Positions 17,842 to 25,284 of a stretch of DNA of 32,000 nucleotides are shown in pieces. Made by a program: the position numbers and the translations under genes. Below the pieces are notes generated by a model, which was not told where the DNA came from, ran no database searches, and was given only the letters and a program-made list of their open reading frames with translations. Origin of the DNA: Pseudoalteromonas translucida KMM 520 (lineage in GTDB: Bacteria; Pseudomonadota; Gammaproteobacteria; Enterobacterales; Alteromonadaceae); the NCBI RefSeq assembly GCF_001465295.1, contig NZ_CP011035.1, positions 210,001-242,000 on the forward strand. The letters run 5' to 3'. Position 1 is the stretch's first letter; each line of letters begins with the position of its first letter.

Positions 17842-18633
17842 GTGAAAATATATAAATACGGTAGTGACTCCCAACAATACGGACAGCTTTTTAGGCCAAA
17901 CAGTGAAGCAAGCGTCCCTGTGGTTATTGTTATACATGGCGGTTATTGGAAGGATAACCATAGCTTAGATACTTACCCTACTAAGCATATTGTTGAGTAT
18001 TTATTAGGCTTAAATGTGGCAGTATGGAATATAGAATATCGCAGAATGAATAGCATGGGACCTAATATTACCGCGCCATGGCCAACAATATTAAGTGATG
18101 TAGCACAAGGCGTTGATTTTTTAACCATTATTGCTGAGCAAGAAAAAATAGATTTAAAGCAGGTGATGATCATTGGCCACTCCGCAGGCGGACACCTAGC
18201 AACTTGGGCTGCATCACGCGCTATGATAGACAAACAGTCGGAGCTTTATAACAATGCTAGCCTAGCAATAAATACGGTGATTTCTATCTCTGGGGTGCTT
18301 GAACTAAGAACGCCTGCTGATTTGGGGCAACCACTACAAATTGAAAAATTATTAGGCGGTCAATTTACTCGCGATCACTGCCGAGTAAAAAACGCTAATC
18401 CGTCGCAGTTAATCGATAATACAGTGAATTATATTATTATTCATGGTGATAGCGATGAAGAGGTGAGTATTAATCAAGCGCTTAGTTTTGTTGAAAATAG
18501 TCACTCGAGCAATGTGCTATTACATGTTTTAAAGGGGATTGGTCACTTTCAAATGTTCCCCAGCTTTAATAAAGATCTGCAAAGTTGGCAGTTGGTGCAG
18601 AAAATTATTAACCAAAATCTAAAAACACCTTAA
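17842..18633 (+). CDS. Alpha/beta-hydrolase fold esterase/amidase (HGG-type, Abhydrolase_3 / arylformamidase-like)
   Basis: 263 aa with a GTG start. Oxyanion-hole motif IHGGYW, nucleophile elbow GHSAGGH, and late IIHGDSD and GHF fitting an Asp/His triad. No signal peptide. Confidence 0.8.
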   Translation: MKIYKYGSDSQQYGQLFRPNSEASVPVVIVIHGGYWKDNHSLDTYPTKHIVEYLLGLNVAVWNIEYRRMNSMGPNITAPWPTILSDVAQGVDFLTIIAEQEKIDLKQVMIIGHSAGGHLATWAASRAMIDKQSELYNNASLAINTVISISGVLELRTPADLGQPLQIEKLLGGQFTRDHCRVKNANPSQLIDNTVNYIIIHGDSDEEVSINQALSFVENSHSSNVLLHVLKGIGHFQMFPSFNKDLQSWQLVQKIINQNLKTP

Positions 18634-18654
18634 TTGAGCGTAAAATCACAGCTT

Positions 18655-18676
18655 AAAAAAGCCGCATAAATGCGGC
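18655..18676 (-). terminator. Rho-independent terminator of the TBDR-nagA-nanA operon
   Basis: GCCGCA-TAAA-TGCGGC hairpin (18661-18676), followed on the minus strand by TTTTTT (18655-18660). Confidence 0.7.
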
Positions 18677-18752
18677 TAATAAGAGTTATAGATTTCATCT
18701 TATCACCCCGAGCATTAAGCTTAGCTTGTGTGCAGGGTAAACGCAGCGTTTA

Positions 18753-19658
18753 CTACGCTGGTTGGTGATCCATAAAGCCTGCGGCTTGCATTTTAGCAAC
18801 TACGTCTTTTTTCTCATCGTCGTTAAGCGCACGAATTGGTAAGCGTGGGTTACCTACATCAATACCATGTAGTTGCATTGCTGCTTTACCCGCTGCTACG
18901 CCGCCATATTGAACCAGAGTACGAATTAATGCGATAACTTTATCCATTAACGCAGTTACGGTTTCTTGGTCACCTTTGTTGAACGCTTCGATAATTTCTA
19001 AATAAAGTGGAGCTGCGTAGTTGTACGTACTACCTACTGCGCCAATAGCACCTACTGCTAGGCCACCTGGAAGAAATTCGTCAACACCAAAAGGAATATC
19101 GAATTTACCACCACAAGCACGCTTACAGCGTTGAAATTCGTAAAGATCACCATGGTTAAACTTAATACCTGCAAGGTTAGGAATAACCTTGTCAGCTTTA
19201 ATTAAAAACTGCTCCATATCAAACATCACACCCGACATACCTGAGTGGTAGTAGTAAAATGCTTTTGATGGTGCGGCAGCGGCAACCGTTGCACAGTAAT
19301 GCACTAAATCGTCAACTGAGCCAGGCTTAAAGAAACACGGTGCAATAATAGAGGTAGCAAAAATATCAAGCGTTTCTGCGTGCTTGGTTAATTCAAGGCT
19401 GTCGGCTATTGATAATGCGCCAGTATGCACGGTAATACTTAGTTTACCTTGAGCTGCTGTAACCCAACGTTCAGCAATCGCTTTGCGCTCAGCAACCGAG
19501 CAGTTAAGGCCCTCGCCTGTAGTACCACAAATATAAACGCCTTTAACGCCTTGCTTAATTAGTAGCTCAGCAAGTTGGTCAATAACTGGTAAGTTAACAT
19601 CACCATTTTTGTCAAACGGGGTATGAGGGGCTGCGATCAGTCCAGTAAGTTTATTCAT
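18753..19658 (-). CDS. nanA: N-acetylneuraminate lyase (DapA/NAL family)
   Basis: 301 aa. Motifs GTTGEG, FYYYH, Schiff-base Lys context GIKFNHGD, FGVDE and GAVGSTYNY. Located in the nan operon. Confidence 0.9.
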   Translation of the reverse strand: MNKLTGLIAAPHTPFDKNGDVNLPVIDQLAELLIKQGVKGVYICGTTGEGLNCSVAERKAIAERWVTAAQGKLSITVHTGALSIADSLELTKHAETLDIFATSIIAPCFFKPGSVDDLVHYCATVAAAAPSKAFYYYHSGMSGVMFDMEQFLIKADKVIPNLAGIKFNHGDLYEFQRCKRACGGKFDIPFGVDEFLPGGLAVGAIGAVGSTYNYAAPLYLEIIEAFNKGDQETVTALMDKVIALIRTLVQYGGVAAGKAAMQLHGIDVGNPRLPIRALNDDEKKDVVAKMQAAGFMDHQPA

Positions 19659-19676
19659 TTTTTAGCCTCTGTAATT

Positions 19677-20810
19677 TTAAAATATTGCTTTGCCGCCAAT
19701 CCATGTGTTTAACACACGAGGCGACGAATTTGTTGTTGAAAGTAAAGTTAAGTCGGCATTGGCGCCAATGCTTAACTGTCCACGAGAGCCCTCTATTCCT
19801 AAAAACTCAGCTGGGTATAAACTAGCCATATTGAGGGCGTCGGTTAAGGAAATGTCTAACATGTGTGTTGCGTTATTCACCGCGGTGATCATATTTAGTG
19901 CTGAGCCCGCTAATTGGCCGCTATTACTAGTTAATTTGTCGCCAACTAAGTTAATGTCATGGCCGTCAAAATGCAGTTGTGTTTGCTCGCTGCCTATTGT
20001 CGACATTGAGTCGGTAACTAGCATCATTTTACGAGCGGCTTTTGCTCTATAAGCCAGTTTGGCTGTACTTGGGTGTACATGGTGGCCATCTAAAATAATG
20101 CCACACCAGCTTTGCTCATCAAGTAATGCGGCTCCCACCATATTTGGCGCGCGCGACTCAAGTGCCGACATAGCATTAAATAAATGGGTAAAACCTGTTG
20201 CGCCAGCAGCTAGTGCGGCTTGTGCTTGCTCAAAACTTGCGTTTGAGTGACCTAAACAAACATGCACACCGTGATCTACTAATATTTTAATTGTTTCGCA
20301 GCTGACATTTTCAGGGGCTAATGTGACTATTTTTATGCCTAAATCGTCACGACAATAAATATCTAATTCTTGCTGGCTTAAACCGCGAATTTGTTGACTA
20401 CTGTGAATACCTTTTTTAGGCTCGCTAATATGTGGGCCTTCAAAATGTACCCCTAAAATACCGGGAGTGTGCTGCGCTATAGCGGTACTTATTAGGTTGG
20501 CAGTTTGTTCTATTTTATTTAAATTGCTGGTGATTAGCGTAGGCAGCAGGCTGCTAGTACCATACTTAGCATGCGCTGTGCTCATTGCAGTTAAGGTTTG
20601 TAAATTAGTATTTTGATTAAGTAAACAACCTCCACCACCATTAACTTGCGTATCAATAAATCCAGCAGTTAATAAGCCACTAACTTTAGTTTCAATGGCG
20701 CCTTTTACAGTATCAAAAGCAATAATTTTGCCATCTTTAATACTAATAGGGTGGTTAGAGTGTAGTGTTTTGCCATCAAATAGATGATCGGCTATTAAAG
20801 TGGTGATCAT
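19677..20810 (-). CDS. nagA: N-acetylglucosamine-6-phosphate deacetylase
   Basis: 377 aa amidohydrolase. Motifs GFIDTQVNGGGG, HFEGP, LGHSNA, THLFNAM and ILDGHHV are typical of NagA. Confidence 0.92.
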   Translation of the reverse strand: MITTLIADHLFDGKTLHSNHPISIKDGKIIAFDTVKGAIETKVSGLLTAGFIDTQVNGGGGCLLNQNTNLQTLTAMSTAHAKYGTSSLLPTLITSNLNKIEQTANLISTAIAQHTPGILGVHFEGPHISEPKKGIHSSQQIRGLSQQELDIYCRDDLGIKIVTLAPENVSCETIKILVDHGVHVCLGHSNASFEQAQAALAAGATGFTHLFNAMSALESRAPNMVGAALLDEQSWCGIILDGHHVHPSTAKLAYRAKAARKMMLVTDSMSTIGSEQTQLHFDGHDINLVGDKLTSNSGQLAGSALNMITAVNNATHMLDISLTDALNMASLYPAEFLGIEGSRGQLSIGANADLTLLSTTNSSPRVLNTWIGGKAIF

Positions 20811-20845
20811 GACAAGTCTTCTAAGTTAGTACTGACATTTAAAGC

Positions 20846-20875
20846 GGTGGACTAATTTTTTATGGTTAGTCCACC
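20846..20875 (-). terminator. Intercistronic stem-loop between the TonB-dependent receptor and nagA (partial terminator or mRNA-processing/stability element)
   Basis: Perfect 10-bp inverted repeat GGTGGACTAA / TTAGTCCACC (20846-20855 and 20866-20875) with a 10-nt loop. The downstream U-tract on the minus strand is weak. Confidence 0.45.
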
Positions 20876-20925
20876 ATTGCGTTTAATATTTTAAGTATTA
20901 AACGGTTAACCCAAGCTTACTTAGA

Positions 20926-23757
20926 TTAGAAGTTTAATTTAACACCGGCGTAATATGAGCGGCCTGTTAAATCATACGCACTACCATTTGTTAAAGTACC
21001 TTGTTGCTGATACTTATGACCAGCCGTTAGGTGTGGTGGCTGCTCGTCAAATAAGTTAGTGATACCAAAGTAAGCATTGATTTGGTTAGTAAAGTTATAG
21101 CTAAAACGCACATCGTTATAAAGACGTGAGTCGATAGAGTTAAGCTCTTCTGTTAATACGGTATTATCGTTACGGTCTTTGGTTTCATCCCAGTAACGTA
21201 CTTGCCAATACACATTGAACTCATTAATTGTGTACGATGCATTAACGTTAAAACGCAGCTCTGGGAACATTACTTCGCCAGCTAACTCTTGTTTGTCACC
21301 CGTTTCGAGTCCTGTAATGCTGTAAGTGTCTAAGATGTTTGCTGCAAAGCCTACATACAAATCACCATCACCTAAGTCGGTCATGTATGACACATCAATA
21401 TCAAGGCCTCTTGTTTCAATGAGGTTTTCGTTACCAGATGCTGCATTTACTTCAAGTGCTGCACCTGAACGTCCATCACGGCGTACTAAGCCGCCACATT
21501 GTGCATCAAAATTGCTAGGATCTGCAGAGTAACAACGATTTAAGATAACGGTACGGTCGGTTTTAGCGATGGCATCATCAATCTTAATGTCGTAATAATC
21601 AAGTGACATTTGTAAGCCCGCAATTGACTCAGGCGTAAACACGATACCGGCTGTGACAGTATCGGCTTTTTCTTCTTTAACATCGGTAGAGCCGCTTAAT
21701 AAACCTGCGGTATTTTGACGTTCTACTTGCGTTAAGTTAAATGCGCCCTCGCTATCGATACGATCAGCAATAGCTGCAACCGAGCGACAGTTTACTGCAA
21801 TATTGCCACTATCAGCATTCGTTAGTCCGTCACAAGGGTCAGTAACCAGTGCTGCGGTTGCAGTACCACCAGCAAACAAATCACTTACGTTAGGCGCACG
21901 TACTGCTGTTGCTACCGCACCGCGTAGGCGAATACTGTCTGTAATTGGTGCATCTAAGCCAATAGTCCAGTTAGTAGTGCTACCGACCGACGAGTAATCG
22001 CCAAAACGTACTGCAGCAGATAAGCTTAACTTTTCATGTAGTGGAATATGTAACTCACCAAACACGTCAACAACGTCAAATGAGCCTTTGGTTTTAGCAA
22101 TTGCTGCACCACGTACAATACCGGCTTGGCGTAGTGGATCTGGTGTTTCATGGCCTTTTTCTTCACGGTATTCTACACCACCAGCAAAACCGATAGTGTC
22201 TACGTCGTTACTAACGGCATAATCTAATCGACCAGCAACAACGGCGGTTACTACCACTTGCTCAATACTACCTTCTAGATTGGTATCAGCTGATAAGTAA
22301 TCTACTGCTTCAGGCGAAATGCCATTAAGCGAGAACGGATTGAATACAACACAGCCATTAATGCGAGCAATGTCATCAGCACACTGATATCCGCCAGCGC
22401 CATTATCTTCAACATTTAAAGCAAAGCGAGCGCGGTCAAGGTTAATGTCGCCATGGTTAGTTTGCTTTTGATCTGTAACGCCATAAGTACCGCTTACTTT
22501 TAAGTAAATATCATTTGAAATATCATACTCATATTCGCCTGCAACTCTAAATGTGCTACGGGTGTTTTCAGCCCCACGGTCACCAAATTCATATAGGCGT
22601 CTAAATGTTAAGCTTGCATCATCAAGACTATTAATGCCGTCGGCAAGTAAGTTATTGCCAAGTGCAGTACCTGCAAACCAAGGGTGCGTTGCAATATCAA
22701 TACCTGTAGTACCGCCTTTAGATAACTTAAAAATGTCGTTGCGGGTATCAAGTGGAATAGGCTCATAACGAGCTCGTGAATCTACACGCGCGTAGTTAGC
22801 CGTAAAGTTCATCCGCGATTTTTCGTTTAAATCCAGTGATAAACCAGTGGCAACAAAGTGGCGTGTTAGTGGCGCTATCATAGAGCGGTAATCGTGAAAG
22901 TTAAACGCATCTGACGTGGCTGGATCATCAGTACGGGTAAATAAGCTACCGTCACCATTGTATTTATCAATACGGCCACCAAAAACATGCGAAGAGCCCA
23001 CAAACTGAGATGTATCGCGTATGCCATCGCCATCAGTGTCTACTGCGTCTTTGTGCACGCGTGAATAGTCACGATCGCTAGCCATTAAGCCATCATCTTC
23101 AGAGTAACCAACGGATAACCAAGCATTACCGTCATCAAAGTTTTTACCAATTGAAAATTCGATATCTCTTGTGTCTTTATCACCTTCGCCACTGCGTCCA
23201 GCTTGTGCTTTAAAAGCGACACCGTCAAAGTTTTTCTTAAGGATAATGTTAACCACACCTGCAACTGCATCAGAGCCATAAGCAGCAGATTGACCGCCGG
23301 TAAGTACTTCAATACTTTGGATCATAGTGGTAGGAATTGTGTTTAAATCAACACCGTAGCCAGAGCCAACAGACATGCCAGAAACGTAACGCTTACCATC
23401 AACTAGTACTAAGGTACGCGAAGATCCTAAGTTACGTAAAGCAACGGTATTTAAGCCTGAATCTTGCTCACTGATATTAGAGCTAGCCGAGGTTGTATCA
23501 CCCACTACTGAGGGCATTCTAGCTAGTAGGTCACCCACGTTTACTGCGCCAACACCTTCAATATCATCAGCGTCTAATATTTTTACTGGTGAAGCAGACT
23601 CAAAGTCGCCTTTACTAATATATGAACCAGTTACAATTATTTTTTCTACTTTTGCTTCTGCTTTTACATTGTCTGAATCTGCAGCTAATGAATAAGTTGT
23701 TACCGAAGCAATACTGATCGCCAGTAGTGATTTAACAAGTGTTTTTGATTTCAACAT
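20926..23757 (-). CDS. TonB-dependent outer-membrane receptor, first gene of a NanR-controlled operon (candidate sialic acid / sialoglycan importer)
   Basis: 943 aa. Signal peptide ...TYSLAADS. Plug start VEKIIVTGSY. C-terminal YYAGVKLNF. NanR operator upstream. Confidence 0.9.
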   Translation of the reverse strand: MLKSKTLVKSLLAISIASVTTYSLAADSDNVKAEAKVEKIIVTGSYISKGDFESASPVKILDADDIEGVGAVNVGDLLARMPSVVGDTTSASSNISEQDSGLNTVALRNLGSSRTLVLVDGKRYVSGMSVGSGYGVDLNTIPTTMIQSIEVLTGGQSAAYGSDAVAGVVNIILKKNFDGVAFKAQAGRSGEGDKDTRDIEFSIGKNFDDGNAWLSVGYSEDDGLMASDRDYSRVHKDAVDTDGDGIRDTSQFVGSSHVFGGRIDKYNGDGSLFTRTDDPATSDAFNFHDYRSMIAPLTRHFVATGLSLDLNEKSRMNFTANYARVDSRARYEPIPLDTRNDIFKLSKGGTTGIDIATHPWFAGTALGNNLLADGINSLDDASLTFRRLYEFGDRGAENTRSTFRVAGEYEYDISNDIYLKVSGTYGVTDQKQTNHGDINLDRARFALNVEDNGAGGYQCADDIARINGCVVFNPFSLNGISPEAVDYLSADTNLEGSIEQVVVTAVVAGRLDYAVSNDVDTIGFAGGVEYREEKGHETPDPLRQAGIVRGAAIAKTKGSFDVVDVFGELHIPLHEKLSLSAAVRFGDYSSVGSTTNWTIGLDAPITDSIRLRGAVATAVRAPNVSDLFAGGTATAALVTDPCDGLTNADSGNIAVNCRSVAAIADRIDSEGAFNLTQVERQNTAGLLSGSTDVKEEKADTVTAGIVFTPESIAGLQMSLDYYDIKIDDAIAKTDRTVILNRCYSADPSNFDAQCGGLVRRDGRSGAALEVNAASGNENLIETRGLDIDVSYMTDLGDGDLYVGFAANILDTYSITGLETGDKQELAGEVMFPELRFNVNASYTINEFNVYWQVRYWDETKDRNDNTVLTEELNSIDSRLYNDVRFSYNFTNQINAYFGITNLFDEQPPHLTAGHKYQQQGTLTNGSAYDLTGRSYYAGVKLNF

Positions 23758-23863
23758 GGTATCCCCAAAAATTTATAATTATTTTTTAAATGTTTATTCA
23801 TAACTCGCTTTGCTCGATAACAGCAAAATAACACAACAAAGCACTGAAGTTACAAGTACGCCA

Positions 23864-23886
23864 TTAACCTGTTATACCAGCGTACC
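23864..23886 (-). promoter_or_regulatory. NanR operator upstream of the TonB-dependent receptor-nagA-nanA operon
   Basis: The minus strand reads GGTACG-CT-GGTATA-ACA-GGTTAA, three hexamers spaced 8 and 9 nt as in the E. coli (GGTATA)3 operator. Contains CTGTTATACC (23869-23878). Confidence 0.75.
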
Positions 23887-24081
23887 ACTGGAGTGTTTTA
23901 AATGTCAAAGTTAAAATCTGTTTTTTAACTGGTTGTTTACATATTTGGCGCTATATTGTTAATTTTATTTAGGTTATTTATATAAAATTTTATATGCGGC
24001 TATTAACACTGTAAATGTGGCTAGCAATGAGCTAGCCGAAGGCGTTATGAGGTAATTATGAAGAGAGTTATAAGGGGCTGT

Positions 24082-25224
24082 TTACGCGTCGTTATTTTGT
24101 AAACTAATGCGCGTAAATGAAATAGCACTATAGTTATCGCGTTCAAACATTACGCCTATTTCGTTATCGCTTAACTGGCAAATAGAAGAGTAGCCAAATG
24201 AGCCACTATAAACACATGCTATGTGTTGCCAGCTTGTAGCGTCATCCAGGCTTATTTTTAGCGTGCCTTGAATACGTTGAGACTGATGTTCTGGGCCACA
24301 ATATAATAGTCCACTGTGCTTAGCGTCGTGTTGTAAGCTAATAATACTGCCCTGACATTCGGGCTCGGTTAAATCGGGCGTGTCTTGCAGTGCAGTCCAA
24401 CTAATACCGCCATTTTCACTAAAGGCAGTTTTACGCAGGTGATTACCATGATAACTGCGGGCATTAAGTAGTACCCGACCATCAGCAAGCTCGGCCATTT
24501 GTGTTTCATTAGCGTGCTCAGCTATTGCAGCAGGGGCAACCTCACCGTATTGCCATTGGTGGCCACCATCGTCACTATACACAGCGTATACTTTCATATT
24601 ATCCCAAGGGCCTTGGGTAAATGGCATTACAATACGGTTTTTATAACTCCCGGTACGCAGTTGAATACCTATGCCCGGACCACCAGCGTAGCAGGTAACC
24701 TCGGTTGGGCGTTTAACTTGGCGGGTAATATCTACCCGTGGTGACCAATTGAGTCCGCCATCGCTGCTGCGTTGTACAAAGGTACGGCAAATTCGCCCTT
24801 GGTAGCCTGTCTCTACCGCGCCTTCGTGAACATTAGATGGAAAGTTTTGCCCTGCATGAGATATCCACGCTGCTGGGTTTTCAACTTGTTCGGGCGTGGT
24901 ATATGGATACTCTTGGTACATTAATACTATATCGCCTGAGCTAGCATCAATTACAACCAAAGGATTATTTAAGGCATTTTCGCCAGCATCGGCTACCAGA
25001 ATTTGCTCGCTCCAGCTTGTGCCGTTATCTTGGCTGGTTTTTAGTACGATTTTATTGTGAGCATGGTCTGACAATATCGCACGTGCTTCGCAAAATGCGA
25101 GTAGTTTTCCCTCTGGCATAGGCAATAATGCCGGAATACGATAACTACCAAAGCCATCTGTTTCGGCCTCAAAAATATTGCTGATCACTGTGGTATTTGT
25201 CAGTGAAGGTTGCACAGTACTCAT
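24082..25224 (-). CDS. Exo-alpha-sialidase (small, single-domain six-bladed propeller; no signal peptide)
   Basis: 380 aa. The YRIPALL motif is the FRIP equivalent. Five Asp-boxes: SQDNGTSW, SSDGGLNW, SDDGGHQW, SENGGISW, LDDATSW. GAGGAG lies 6 nt upstream of the ATG and an in-frame TAA is the codon before it, so the N-terminus MSTVQPSLTNTT... is firm and non-hydrophobic. Confidence 0.92.
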   Translation of the reverse strand: MSTVQPSLTNTTVISNIFEAETDGFGSYRIPALLPMPEGKLLAFCEARAILSDHAHNKIVLKTSQDNGTSWSEQILVADAGENALNNPLVVIDASSGDIVLMYQEYPYTTPEQVENPAAWISHAGQNFPSNVHEGAVETGYQGRICRTFVQRSSDGGLNWSPRVDITRQVKRPTEVTCYAGGPGIGIQLRTGSYKNRIVMPFTQGPWDNMKVYAVYSDDGGHQWQYGEVAPAAIAEHANETQMAELADGRVLLNARSYHGNHLRKTAFSENGGISWTALQDTPDLTEPECQGSIISLQHDAKHSGLLYCGPEHQSQRIQGTLKISLDDATSWQHIACVYSGSFGYSSICQLSDNEIGVMFERDNYSAISFTRISLQNNDA

Positions 25225-25284
25225 TTAAAACTCCTCGGCTGCAAGGGTTAAATAATAGTGGTTTAAACGGCTGCAGCTAGCCGA

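Noticed and set aside
24019-24037. GGCTAGC-aatga-GCTAGCC hairpin downstream of the sialidase as a terminator
   Set aside because: The stem is only 7 bp and the minus strand has no U-tract after it (ACATTTACAG). It may contribute to termination, but support is too weak to list as a feature.
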